Shown here piece by piece: positions 40,557 through 55,087 of a stretch of DNA of 64,000 nt (the first letter of the stretch is position 1; each line of letters starts with the position of its first letter). Under the pieces are notes generated by a model. It was not told the DNA's origin and did no database searches. It was given only the letters and a program-made list of their open reading frames with translations. Made by a program: the position numbers and the translations under genes. This stretch comes from Amoebidium appalachense. Taxonomy: Eukaryota > Protista > Ichthyosporea. The stretch spans positions 7,696,710 to 7,760,709 of the forward strand of contig CAVNZM010000005.1 of NCBI GenBank assembly GCA_963693365.1, given 5' to 3'.

Positions 40557-40963
40557 CCTTTTCCCACAACATTGATCATGATAGCTCAGCCCCAATTGAA
40601 GTCAAAATTTGAAGCTCTGGCACATGGTAAAAACGAAGGAAAGCCTACGGTAGTGGTTTGTGGTGGTGGTGGGGGTGGAGAGGCCTCCGGCGGCGGCGGT
40701 GGCGGTGGCGGCGCGGCGGGGGGGGGAGGGGGGGCGGGGGGGGCAACCACCATCCCACCGAAGAGGTGTATACACCCCCCACCTGGCGGCAGCCGCTCCC
40801 CCCCCCTTCCGCCCCCCCCCCCCCCCCCCCAATCCAAATTCAAAAAGGTCATATGATTACCCCATTATTGTTACCGTTAGATTACGCAATATTCTTCTGG
40901 TACCGCTCAAGGATTTGTAGCTGTTCTACACTTTATTATAAAATCGTTTGACTGGTTAAAAAT

Positions 40964-41542
40964 TCATATAGCCTTCCCCACCGGGACCCCCTCTCCCCCA
41001 AACCTTGCAACATTGCTCCCAGCTGCTGCTTTCTGAAGACGAGCTGCGAGATCAAATTCAACCTCCACAGCGGCCTGGCGCATATGTACGTACACGGGCA
41101 AGGGAACATGTGTACATGTGGTGTACACTTCCTCCATGTTGCTTATTAATATTATGGACATGGACATAGTAATACACCGAGCCTCGCCTTTAAAAATCGT
41201 GACAAACGTGCGCATGCACACATATATCCAAAAAAGTGTTAGTTCTGGTACTCATTCACACGGTCGTGATGCCTGGCGAGGAAAAGACAGACATTCACAC
41301 AGTGCCACTAAGTCTTGAACACGCAGTGATCATAGTAATTACACCCACGCACACATGCTGTGGTGAACATACTGGCACACACACACACGTCGTGCACACA
41401 GGTCAACACAAGCTGTTACACAAAATCTCTTTGGACGCATTTACCATGTTCTGTACGCTCAAGACGCACGCATGTTCACTCTAAAACACCTGCCGTCTTT
41501 CTATTTCCATTCTTTTCTCTCACGCTCCCCGTGTCCCTCCTC

Positions 41543-41581
<39 letters not shown>

Positions 41582-43196
41582 CGCCGCTCCCCCCCACGGC
41601 GCCTTCACGCACACACATGAGCACAACACGCGTGGTAAGCACTGTATTGTTGCGCCCATCACGATTCACGAATAAAAGTTTGGGTGGCCTTAAGGGAGAG
41701 AGATATATTTGGCCATCGTATGCCGGGAGAAAGGAGGGGGGGGGGGGGGGGGGGGGGGGGGGAGGGGGGGGGGGGGGGGTGGCTGTGTTGGGGTCCCCAT
41801 GTTACGTCAGAAAACGTAGTACTCTCAGAGTCACAGTGGTGCAAAGGTAGCATTTTAAACACAGACAGTACAGACTGAGACCCGCCAGCTGTGTGTCTCA
41901 CGTATGAACTCCTCCCGCAGGGAGGGATTCACATTCGGCTGGAGTCCAGGGAATTACCGATGGGAACAGGGAATTCGCATTCGCCTGTTTACTACAAATA
42001 GACACGAGTTACTGACGAGTACCGATTGGTCTACACAGGGAATTATTATGATTGGTTTAACACTCATGCGGTGGTGCTAGATAATTGTCGCTGCATTTGG
42101 GACCGTGATATCGATACTTTATCTCCCCCCCCCCTCCCCCCCCTTTCCAACCCCCCTGCCCCTCTCCCCCTTCCGGCCCACCTTTTTGCCCCCACTCCCC
42201 ACTTCCACCCCCACCCTTCCCCCCACCGGCCCCGGAGGAACCACCGGGTCCCACCCGTGTTAGCTTGAGAAGATCGAAGGGGAGGACCCATCCAGCCACG
42301 GAACAGGTGGAGAGCCCTCCCCCCCCCCCCCCCCCTCCCCCCCTCCTCCCCCCGAGCTGGTAAGAATTCGTAGTTACTCTCCTACGATAACCCACCCCCA
42401 ACACACACACACTGGCTACCCAACCATGCAACCACCCCGTGCCCCAACACCCCCCCTGGTCCACTTCAGATTCAAGAATCTTCAAGAACTTCGCATGTTA
42501 GCTAATCATTGCCGATTGGGTAGGTATTTTATAGACCAGGTGCAACTGCCTGTCTATGAGATAACCGCATGTCCCACCGGCTCCCACTGGCAGTGGCAAG
42601 TCAAATATCCATTCATAGTATTGATTGCTTGAGAATTTATTAGGCTGCTTTGGGTTGAATTAATATTTAAGGTGAGTTGGTCACGGGTGGGTAGGTGGGA
42701 GCTCGGGCAAGATGTGTGCGTGTCTGTGTGTGTGTGTGTGTGTGTGTACTGTACTTCACGTGTGTCAGTGCTTGTGTGTGTGTGTGTGTGCGTGTGTGTG
42801 TGCGTGTGTGCGTGTCACGGTGTGTCCGTGAGTGTGTGCATTCTTGTGTGTGCCACCAGCATTCTGTGTGCATGCGCGTGTGCGTGTGTGTGTTTGTGTT
42901 CGTGTGTGTGCGTGTGCATGTGTGTGTGTGTGTGCGTGTGTGTGTGTGTTTGTGTGTGTGATGGGGGGGGAGGTGGGGAGGGGGGGGGGGGGGGGGGGGG
43001 TTTGGCCGGTGGGCGGCTTCGATGTTGCCAAAATGGGGAACTTCAAATATTGAATTTCCTATTACGCAGTAGTAAATCTGCCGATTTCTGGCCATGGGAG
43101 TGGGGTGGGTCACGGGGTGGGTGGGTGGTGGCCGGTGGTGACGGTGGTGGTAATGGTAGTGGTGGTGGCGGCGGTGGCGGTGATGGTGCTGGTGAA

Positions 43197-43246
<50 letters not shown>

Positions 43247-44300
43247 TAATTATAAAGCACTTGCCTAAATTTGAAAACTTCAATCAACCAAGTATGATTC
43301 GGAGCCTATAGCTAGTCAATGGCCATGCGTCGATTGCCTTGTCTGCAGCTGCGATGGCCGCCGTTGGCGTGGCATGGAACTGTGCATGCACAAGGAGTTG
43401 TGGTCGGAATGATATATTATTGGTGATGGGCACGGTGTTGTGTGGTACTACGGCACACACGCGCGTATTATCAACCCAACAATAGAGACAATACATCATC
43501 TGCTCTTGAGCAAGCAGGTACACGTACACATACATGTCAACGACTGCGTGACGGTCGTCACATGTGCACAGTTCCTATTTTTAGTGCGTTATTTTTACCT
43601 GCTATAAATGGTAGTGTCAAAACCTATATGTAGCTATTTGCATGGGCCAACCAAAATGCTTTTAAGTACGCTAATACCAATCAGCATCAAAGACGCCTTG
43701 ACGCAGTCACGTAGTCTCTTTGGGTTGGTTCTCTCAAAACTGCTAAGAGGGGGTCTAGAAAAAAAGCAAAAACTTCGTGTGAACCTGCATTATGGTTGCA
43801 TTATCATATCGGGCGATTAACATAATTGCATAAAAAAGAGATATTAAGTCATGAATTAGGCAAGATAACTACAAAAATAGCTCAATAAATAAAAATAAAT
43901 ATCTACCAAAAATTCTCCACTAACTAGACCAAGCTACACCGCTAACTTTAGGCCATCAATAACAAAAAGAAATTAGAAACGGCATTAGCCTAGATTTACA
44001 ATTTAGCACCCCTACGTAAATAGTCTAGAAAGAATCAAGATCGGCATTCCAATGAGATCCGCGCCAACGGCCGAACCTTCGGCCACGCGCCCGGACACCC
44101 GGCACAGTCGACGTCAGAGTCATCATTGGGTGCCCCAACACATCGCACCTACAAAAGGACTCAGTCAGGCACACAGCCCAACGTTAACAGCTGTACGCCT
44201 ACGCTACACTTTTGCACTAAAAGGAACTGGGGAAGTGAAAGGCATCTTGTTACCTGCTTTTTACGTCGTGTTTTGCTTGGTGTGAGTGTAGTAGGCGTAC
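40964..44300 (-). other. Possible unresolved multi-exon gene divergent from the MFS transporter
   Basis: Good-looking intron 44253-44149 (GTAACA...CTGAC...TTTGTAG). Exon-like segments at ~43380-43290 (FHATPTAAIAAADKAIDAWPLTSYRLRIIL) and ~41073-40964 (AAVEVEFDLAARLQKAAAGSNVARFGGEGVPVGKAI*). No complete phase-consistent model was found. Confidence 0.3.
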
Positions 44301-44707
44301 TACTGGAGACAGCAAAGCTACGAAGCGACAGTGAGAGAGTCTGCACCCTTGATGAAACTTTTTTGGTGCTTTGCAAACCACCTATCGCGAATTGTCTTTT
44401 ACCCCTCGTTTTTTTTGGGTTTACAAGTGCACAATCTATTTCGTTTGTTTTGATTCACAACTGAAGGGCTAGAAACATTGCTAGTAACTTGTTGGCCAAG
44501 AATTGGATTTGAGCAAGGTTGTCTGACGAAACGCGCGACGTCGTGCACTGCTAGATTTTTTCCGTATGAAATAAAACAAACAAACAAAAAAAATACAAGT
44601 GCCAATACAAAACAATTATCAAAAAAAATTGCCACACGTGCATTCATACTGAGCCTTTAGGCTTTGTGTTTAGTAGGGTTGCAAATTGTTGAACGAAATA
44701 TACAAAA

Positions 44708-46286
44708 ATGGCCAACACTCCAAATGTTGACTCGGATATTGTCTCTCACCATGACGACTACAACACAAGCAACAAGAAAAACCCTGCCAACGAAGATGGG
44801 ACCCCCCTATCCGTGCAAGTAATCGACGTGAAAGCCTCGACTACAAGCGAACTTGTCTCCTCGGCCCGACCCGTGAGCAGAGGGGCCCGACCCAGTGCGT
44901 TTGCGGCCGGCGATGTAGCCACGAGCAGCGTTATCGATTCGGTTATTGACCCGGTTCCCGACCCGTCCCAAACCATACACGTGGCAGCGACAAAACAGAA
45001 AGTCTCTCCGTGGCTATTGGCTGAAATTCTGGTGGCGGCGATGCCCACTTTCAACGACGGCTACAACATTTCCGTCATCAACAATTCAGTGACTGGCGTA
45101 TTTGAATATTTTGCCCAAAAAGGGAGTCCAATAACGAACAATGATTGGTCCTCCTTTGTGTCGCTTTTCCTCGTAGGCGGCATGATCTCGTCGCTTATGG
45201 TCGGGCCACTGTGCAAACGGTTCGGACCAAAGAGGGTCATGACCATGAACGATTCACTCTATGTTGTGTCAGCAGTGCTCTACCTCACCTGCAAATCGTT
45301 CCCTGTTCTTTGTTTGGGTATGTCCCCCCCCTCCCATCTCCCCCCCCCCTCCCCCCTCCCCTAACACCACCACTCTTCTCGTCCCTTTCACCTTATGCAC
45401 TGCCAGCTGGCATGCCGAACTTGGTGCTGCCATGCAAGTACATCTGCACACAGACATATTCACGCGCACACGCTCAGGCACGGGAGCGCGCGTTCACACA
45501 CACACACACACACACACAAACATAAACACAAACACAAAAACACAAAAACACACCAACATGAACTTGGATCAATGCACATCCCATCACCACCGCGTGTCGC
45601 GTCGCACCGATACTTAAAGCTGTACAAACCCTAACACCTCCTTTTCCCTTTTCTACAGCGCGCACCGTCTCCGGCATGGCGCTAGGCATCAACATGCCCG
45701 TCATGCAGATCCTCGTACAGGAGTGCTCCCCAACCTCCATCCGTGGGTTCCTGGGCATGTCTGTGATGCTTGCGTTCAGTGGCGCCATGGTGGTGGGGTT
45801 TGCTTTGGGCATGCACGGCGCCATGGGTAATGCCGACCTGTGGCACTGGCTCTATGGCATTAGTCTGCTGCCCGCCGTGCTGCACTTTGTGACGTCATGG
45901 TTTGTGCCCGAGTCCCCCCGCTGGCTACTTGCCGAGGGCAGGGAGGAGGATGCGAGGGCGGCGCTGAGGAGGCTGAGGCATCGCAGTGAAGACTGTGAGA
46001 GGGAGCTGGGTGTCATGAAGGTGTGTATTATTAGTGTGTGACTGTCTTAGGACCCACACGCACCAATCGCTGTTTGCACGTGCACACATCTGCCTACGTG
46101 CACACACATGCCTGAGATGGCAACTAAGGGCTGAATGAGTGGAACTTTCTTCTGTGCCAGACTCTCATCTATTTTTTCTTACACGGAGTTTTCCTGGGGA
46201 AAAGGATATGGCAGACGGGCTTTGACTTCTCGTTAGGTTTTCCCGGGGCAAGGGTGTTTTTTATTTTTACGACGAAAGGAAGGAAA

Positions 46287-46327
<41 letters not shown>

Positions 46328-47121
46328 TTTGCACCAAACTGCGGAACCACGAAAGGGTCTATATGTATGTCCAACTCGTTATTTCCTTCTTTCCCCTTCC
46401 GCAGGCATCCATCAGCCAGGACGACCAATCAATGTTTGCCGCCGCCAAGCTCCTCTTCACGCAGAAACGCTACATCTGGCCCCTCGTTATTGGCAACTTC
46501 CTGCCCATCCTCGTTCAGTTCACATGCGGCTCGTTTGTGGCCTACTACAGTAAGGTGCTCTTTGCCGAAATGGGTTTCAAAAACGGCGAGCTGGCTACCG
46601 TTTTGATTGGTGTCGTGGGTGTTGTGTCCATGTTTATTACCGGGTTTCTGATTGAGCGGCTGGGGAGAAAGGGGATTCTGCTTTATGGCTGGGGAGCTAC
46701 GGCCGTAATTGCGGTGCTAATCGCGATCGCGTCGATCAAGAGCTCAAATCCTGCGTGGAACACGACTGGGTTTGTGCTGATCCTAATCTACACCCTAATC
46801 GGAAATGCCCCCGCGAGCATCAGTATGATGGTGGCCCCCGAACTGTTTCCTAATCAGGTTAGGTCGGTGGCTGTGGCAGTGTGCAATTTGACTGCACGAA
46901 TGGGATCCTTTGTGGCTGCAAAAACATTTTTGCTGATTATTGATGGGCTGGGACAGTATCTGTTTTTCCTGTTTGCGGGGGGGTCTGTAGTCGGGGTGGT
47001 ATTTGTGGCCCTGTTCTTCCCTGAGACGAGGGGCATTTCTTTGGAGGAGATCGAAAATCTTTTTGATAAAACCCCCTCCCCGGCACCAAAGAGCCCTGAG
47101 AGTCAAAAGTCGTATGCGTAG
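44708..47121 (+). CDS. MFS sugar porter (GLUT/SLC2A-like hexose transporter), 3 exons, ~562 aa
   Basis: Exons 44708-45317, 45659-46020, 46405-47121. Sugar-porter motifs: GYNISVIN, RFGPK, ECSPTSIRG, PESPRWL, QFTCG, IERLGRK, PELFP, PETRG. Confidence 0.93.
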
Positions 47122-47936
47122 ACCATTTCGGCACTAGTGGGGTTTATAATGAAAGGTGTGCGTGTTGTTTGAAACTCCCTACGTATATGTAACATTTGCT
47201 AGTCAAACATGTATTAGGTATATGTCTATTTCGTATTTTATTGAGTTCTTCCCAAGGCGAATTTGAGTTTTGTAGTGTACTACTATCTGTTCTTACGCAT
47301 GTAATTAACCTCTCAAGGCCCGACGTAAAGGGTTTTTCCCGAATTTTTCCTTGGTTCTTTCTATCATTTGCACGTAGGTACCCCTGTGGGGTCACCCTCT
47401 GTTAAAACGGTTTTCACTTGACAGTAAAAGTTCTCACCATCTATCATGAAAAAACCTTTAAGCCTTCACTTCTTTTCGGAATCTGTGAATTGTTCACCAA
47501 CCGGTGGCCTGCCCCCCCCCCCCCCCCCCCCCTTATCCCCAAACCTCCCTCCCACCCCCACCCCTGTCCCTCCAGACACACACAGCACAATCCCACATTC
47601 ACATGTTCTCTCTTCCCCTCCCTCTCTTCCTCTCCCTCCTCTCCCCCCCCCCCCCCCCCCCTCTCTGTCTCTTCCCGGGTCTCTCTCTACATCTCCCGAT
47701 ATCTCCGTTCCCGTCTCTCATCGATGCTCACCGTGGCACCACTGGGCCTTCTTTCGCTTCCCCCACCTATCAACCCGGATACAACAGTGGTAGATGAGGC
47801 GGTACAGGTACCCACCCATCAAAATAGCCGTGAACTGAGAACGATAACGATAACTGAACAATCTCGAAGTCATTGTGCATAGCTAGCCATCATATGCATA
47901 CAGTCGGCAGTGCCACCCATATACTCAGTTTTTTTT

Positions 47937-47967
<31 letters not shown>

Positions 47968-48091
47968 GGGGGGGTTGGCACGCAGTTGCACACCGGCGGA
48001 CGGAACGGGCCACTTTGATGACCAGTCCAAATTCTGTTCTTATGAAATAGCCTGAATAGGCTGTAAGATGATAGGGCAGTCAATTGGGAGG

Positions 48092-48133
<42 letters not shown>

Positions 48134-48328
48134 GGGGGGGGGGGGGGGGGGGGGGGAGGGAGGGGGAGGTCCCTCCTGCACACGTCTTATCATCCCCCCA
48201 CCCTCCCCTCCTCCCCTAAATTCCCCACTCTCTCCCGGATCCTCTCCTCCTAAGGTTCCTACGACGGACGTCACCTCGCACCTGATTGGAGAAAACACTG
48301 ATGATCCGATGACGCAAAATCCGAAGAA

Positions 48329-48363
<35 letters not shown>

Positions 48364-48392
48364 AGGGGGGGAGGGAGGGAGGAGGAGGGGGA

Positions 48393-48426
<34 letters not shown>

Positions 48427-49080
48427 TATGATCCCCGAGCAACATAAAGTGGGTGGGCCGTCAGGCCCCTCTGGTTTGGGGTTGCGACAGCCCCCATGCG
48501 TCTAGGGCCCAGACACTCATAGGGCTACATATGGTTATTTAGTGTGTGTTTTTATTTTGGGCATAAATCATTGACCGATCAACTGTTATTTAAAGGGTTT
48601 ATAAAGCGATTTTCCTACCCCTAGAGGCTCTCGTCGTACGGACCTTTATCTCCCCCTACGTTACTATACAGAGCGGTAGCCAATCTGATCAGTCCCTTAG
48701 AACTTATTTTTGTGGTTATTTATGATCTGTGTATGGCTTTTCGACTTTCTATATGCTTTGCTTGTCAACAAACAGTTGTGGATTGCGCCACGATTTTTTT
48801 AGTGTGTTTCCGGACGGTCTTACCCAAGCTTGAAGCACGTTCTATTAAAGATTCGCTAGGATTCAATTTTTCGTTGAAATTTTATCTTTATAGGAGGTGC
48901 GTTGCTTTTGTTGTGTAGAGTAATGTCCGAGGGGTCACTGTAAACTCGAAAGGTTTTGCCTGAATTCATGAATAAACTTATGTGCTGAATTTCCAGTTTG
49001 AATCCCCTCTTGTCGTGACACAAAACACACACACACGCGCGCGCGCGCACACACACACACCAGAGTACACATGCACATAG

Positions 49081-49118
<38 letters not shown>

Positions 49119-49729
49119 CCCCCCCCCCCCCCCCCCCCCCTCCCCCCCCCTCCCAATATCCCTTTCTCCCCCCCCCCCCCCCCCCCCCTCCCCCCCCCCC
49201 TCCCTCACTCTCTCTCTCTCTCCCTCCCTCCCTCCCTCCCTCCCTCCCTCCCTCCCTCCCTCCCTCTCTCATCGTGTAGATGCGCGTACATTCGTTCCCA
49301 GATCGTGCATACGTGCTTGTTGCAATAGCATACCTTGTGCTCACAATTTATTGCAAATAAAAAGCCATTGAATAACAAACAAATAATTAAGAAACATGTT
49401 AGATATCATCCATGTGACTACATCCCAACCTGCGGGCCCGTGTACATGCCAGGATCAAAAAAGTATATTTGACATGTGTGCGTGTGCAAACGGCGACGAC
49501 GTACAGCTGCAGCTTAGAGGGAAACACGTCGAGGGTGGCGACCCTTGTACTATAATTGTTATCAACTTGGTTACTAACTATGCAAGAGTCCGGCCCTCAA
49601 TTGACCATACTGGAAGCATCAATCATGAATACACTCGAGCTCCTCTTCCCAGATCTATCATAGTGCAGTCCCCCCTCCCCCCCCCCCCCCCCCCCCTGCC
49701 GGCCCGTTTCCCCCTACCCCTCACTCCCC

Positions 49730-49772
<43 letters not shown>

Positions 49773-49914
49773 CCCCCCCCCCCCCCCTCCGCCCCTCTTC
49801 CCCGGCATCCCCTCGTCTGGTAAAAATCTACTACTTTGCTCGGGTCTTATTATCTTTTCAGTCACTTTCGAGGAAAAAAATACCTTGACTACGCCTCGTT
49901 TTCTGGATCCCTCC

Positions 49915-49947
<33 letters not shown>

Positions 49948-50029
49948 TACGTATACATACACACACACACACCCATGTCACACACACGTACACACATTCG
50001 AATATCTTGTCAAGTTAGAGTTTATCCAC

Positions 50030-50072
<43 letters not shown>

Positions 50073-50816
50073 GCGCTCAAACAGCCGGACAGAGGACAGA
50101 CACACTGTCACTGACAGGCAGACAGATGGTAGTTCAATCCTAACGTATTGTTCGAATGCATCAGTCTTTGCGTGGTTACCGGCCCTCGGGGAATTTCACT
50201 AAACGTGTTTTACTTGTAAAACATATATATGAAACAGGTTTGTTTATCCATACAGATAGATGGAACAGAACAGACACACGGGCCAAGAGACAGCTAGACT
50301 ATGCAGACATCAGCTGGACACTTGAGGCATGTGGCGACAGGCACACGACGAGAAGACTTGTGGTGTCAATGCACCATGCTACTCTTTAATAGCGGATCAT
50401 GTGACTAGACACACTGGTCATTGCACAGAGCGCTTGCCGCTACATATGCATGTTTACACGCTACTGTAGGTCAGGCACTACACAAGTAGCATTACTGTTT
50501 GGATATGATACATACAACTACGTCCAACCCTGACCTTTGCTGAGCTTTCCATGCACAAACAGCACCACACACACCAATGCTGCCAAATGCATGTGTGCTC
50601 GGAGCCATAGGCCGTTGAGAAAAAGGGAAAGCAGTCAATGGAAAATGAGAATGAAATAACTGGTAACTGGCAGAAAACGCCAGAGTACACAAATGATGCC
50701 TTTTGCATTATCAAAAGGAGAACAAAAGAACCGGTACCAACCCCCCGTCCTAGGCCTAGGAGCCAAGCAAACAAGTCCCCTCCACCCTACTCTCTTTACC
50801 ATTAAATTTTAAAATT

Positions 50817-51126
50817 TTATTGCTGCAGTGCGAGTGCCAGCTTCTCGTTATAAAGCTTAATTGCGTCCTGCCAGACCCTAGCCGTGTCGATGTTAGGCAG
50901 CTGCATGAGGGTGGGCAGCAGGTCGGCCCCAAACCGCTGGCTGCTCTCAAGGGGCAGGAGGGTGGGTAGGTGGTCGATGGCAATCACATCAACAACGGGC
51001 TCCTTACTGCGTGTGTGTACGTGTGTAAGTGTGTAAGTGTGTAAGTGTGTGTAAGTGTGTAAGTGTGTGTGTGTGTGTGGTGGTTGGTTGGGAGGAGCGG
51101 GGAGGGGGGGGGGGGGGGGGGGGGGA

Positions 51127-51158
<32 letters not shown>

Positions 51159-51264
51159 CGGGAATGGGTTAAAATAGGCAACATTATGAAATTAACATTC
51201 AACACAAACAACACAATGCAGGGTTTGAAAAAAGAAAGAGAGCAAGAAAGCATGAAAGCGGGAG

Positions 51265-51322
<58 letters not shown>

Positions 51323-53800
51323 AGTGTGTGTGAAGGAGGGAGGGATGGAGAGAAAAAGACAGCACACATGGAATACACCATGAGTAGAGTCCATCAGGAG
51401 GCAGCCGCAGTCGGTGGCTTGGTGGACTTGCGGATGTGTTTGTGACTGTGGTGTCCCACAGAGGGGCTTGTTTTTCCGTTTTGTAGGGGAAGGGAAGGGG
51501 GAAGGGGGGGGGGGGGAAGGGGATGCGGAGAAAGGAGAAAGCGGCAGATATCTGCGAGAGAGCACCGGATGGCATACGATACGCATAAAATAAACCAACC
51601 CACACGATCACCACCATACCATTCACAGCCCAAACCCTGTCTCCCACACACCAAACGTTTCATGGTTTCCACACAAACACCAAATGTTTCATGCTTTCCA
51701 CGCATACACCAACCCATTTCAAGTTTTGCACTTACGGCAGATTGAGGGTGACTGCAGGCTCGATGAAAGTAGTGCCCTGGCTGTAGATGGGGATGGGGTT
51801 GTTGGCGCTGGTGAAGTCGCAGCTCACATCCACTACCACAGACAGCACACGGTTCTCTGCAGGAGGGTGGAGGGGAGAGGGGAAGGGGAGAGGGAGGGAG
51901 GGAGGGAGGGAGGGAGGGGGGGGGAGGGCGAAGGTTAGGTTGTGCAACAGGGTGCGAGCGACTACAACTACATATGGGAAACACGGTGCAGGACACATGC
52001 AAAGGAAAGGGTTCAAGCATACAATATCAGCAACATGTGGTATGTAACATAAGCGAGGCCCATCCCTGCCTCCCCCCACGAGAGAAGTCATAGGTAACGT
52101 TAGTGCTCTTGCCTCTCCCCCCCCCCCCCCCCCCCACACACACACACCGAAAAAAGGGGGGGGGGGGGGGGGGGGGGGGAGGGGGGGGGGGGGGGGGGGA
52201 AGGGAGAGGGGGGGTAGGGAGATTCGAAGTGTTCCACGCGATAAGGGAATTGGGTGGAATGTGGCAAAGAGATGACGGGCACGTGCTTGCATGCATGCAG
52301 TAACGCAAGCACAAGTAGACCTGTGTGTGTGTGTGTGTGTGTGTGCGTATTTGCATATGTGTTTGAGTTCGTGTGCATTTCGCATTGGCTTGGGCATGTG
52401 TGATCGTGCACAGTGTGTATGTGCGCGCACGTGTGCACATGCAAGCAGACGGTGTGGATGTACAGATGCATGCATGCACAACATGTTCACAGTTTAGTGT
52501 GAATGCTTGCATCGCTCGCCTTTGCGTGTTTATGTGCGTGCACACACACACACACCCATACACCCACACACACACCCCCACACGCACACGTGCATACACA
52601 TGCACAACATACGCTGAGCCTCATGTGCGTGCACACACACACACAAACACACACAAACACACACCCACCACCCACTCACCCCCACCCCCACACATACACA
52701 TATATGCATACAAGCACAACATACCCTGGGTCTCGAGCATAGTGGTGGTAATGAAGGGGGGATCTTAGTGGTCAGGTAGATGCAGTTGACCACTATGTCC
52801 ACCTCAAGCAGCTCGGGGAATGGGCCTCCACGTGCAGTCTCGGCCATGTCCCACTTGATGATGTTCTCACTAAAAAAAGAAAGGGGTGTGTGAGTTGGGA
52901 TGAATGGGGGAACACCCCAACTCAAAACCAGGCCATTTTGGCATCGGTGCGTGGCCCCCGGTGCATCGGTCGAAAACTGTATTTCATAGATATTTAGACA
53001 TAAAGCTTCCTAATCATGAGCCAATCAATCGGTCCTTTTGAATCCGTAATGATGAGTCATAAAGTGGGTACTGAATTCCTATGTTTTACTAGAAGTCAAA
53101 AACCAGGCAGCTTAAAACCTATTAACTGTGTAAATAAGCAGAGAAATTACGACATAATACAAAAAATAAATTAGTTTCTTATAATATTATGTTACAATCA
53201 GTTTTAATCATTTAAAAACTTACGTGAAAATTTGTACATTTGGCTATACCAAATACCTGTAGCCAATCAGAGAACAAATGTGCACTTTGCGATCACGAAC
53301 CACATTGGCCGCGCACTCACAATTATCGGACCTAACCAATCGTTCTCTAACGGCAAAAGCACTATTTCGCCTATGTTTTTGAAAGGTGAAAAAAAAGGTA
53401 GCTTTACGTTTGATGGTTTTTTGTCACTTCTAGAGCAAATGGGAACGTCCCGTAAAAAATATAACACATTTTAAATAGAACCAAGTCATCCCATTTAGCC
53501 ACATTTGTTGATTTCGCAATAACGAGGAAGATTTTATTTCTGACTATATTTGTATAAATCATCATATGTTTGTTTTTCAAAGTGAAAAAAAAACAATATT
53601 TCTGTTAGAAAAAATAAAATGTAGCTAAATGAAAATACTAAAAACATATATGTAATAGAGTTTTTAATCTTGTATATACTGTTTTTGTAGCACAATATTC
53701 CAGAAAGCCATGGTATATATACCCCCTCATGAAAACGGGAGCACGTGATCTGATGCCAAATTGCCTGCGAAATGAGACGAGGTGGGATTGGAAGGTATGT

Positions 53801-53880
<80 letters not shown>

Positions 53881-54223
53881 TTGGTAGGGAGTTGGAGGGG
53901 ATGGGGTGGGGGTGGGGGTGGGGGGAGGGAGGGAGGGAGGGAGGGACGAGTGGGGAGAGAGAGTGTGTGTGTGTGAATGAGAGATAGAGAGGAGGAGGAG
54001 GAGGAGGAGGGCTGGAGACAGGGGGGGGGGGGGGGGGGGGGGGGCACATTTTTTGGTAGTAGTGGTGGTAGTGGTGGCGGTGGTGGTGGTGGGGGGGGGG
54101 GGGGGGGGGGGGGAAGAAGGGGGAGGAGGTATTCGAATGTGTCATAGAGTGCGAAGTACATAATCACGATGGAAAACACAGCGCAGAGTGCAAACCACAC
54201 AAAGAGCATGCATAATTGGCGGG

Positions 54224-54264
<41 letters not shown>

Positions 54265-54403
54265 GGGGAGTAACTCACGCAGGGATACCGGCGTGTGTGG
54301 CAAAGTCAACGGCACCGGCACCACAGCGGCCCAAGGCACCAATCACGAGAATACGGGGCAGAGCACGACCCTGGGCAGTCACCTGTGTGTGTGTGTGTGT
54401 GTG

Positions 54404-54441
<38 letters not shown>

Positions 54442-55053
54442 GGAAATGGGGATGTGCATGTGTGTCAGTGAGATTGTGTGTACGTGTGCGTGTGCTTGTT
54501 TGGGTGCACACCAAGAGTGTGTCGGGACCTCATCTTTCCATTTTTCTTCTTGTGTGTGTGTGTGTTGTGGAGCTGGGGAGATGGGGGAGGGTTGGGTGTG
54601 TGCATGCCGCAGATGCAGGTGTCAGGATGTATGTGGTGTGTGTGTGTGTGTGTGCGCGCGCGTGCGGCGTGGGGAGCTGTGGTGGAAGGGGAGAGGAGGG
54701 TTCTGCTCTTCCTGATCGGTATGCTGGTAGAAGCCCACTATGTGCATATGTCCGTGAAGAGTGTGTGGGGATTGGGAAAGTGAGGGAACGGCCGTGTGTG
54801 GGCGCGGGTGGGGGGTGGGCCGGGATGTTGGGGGCGGGGGACGACGTGAACACTACTGTAAAGGGTGGAGGGAAGAGGGAAAATAAAAGACACAGACACG
54901 TGGAGAAAGAGGGGGGGAGATAAATTGTTTTTTTTTACACACCTGGGCCAGTTCTGCACGAATGGCTGCCTGAAGGGCAGGCGCATTGGGATACGGCTGA
55001 ACATTGGCATATGGCTTGCCGGGGCTGGAAGAGGGGGTGGGGGAGAGAGAGAG

Positions 55054-55087
<34 letters not shown>

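Noticed and set aside
49396-50202. 268-aa ORF between the sugar porter and LYS1
   Set aside because: Its length comes from poly-C and CA tracts; no recognisable motif or splice-consistent model.
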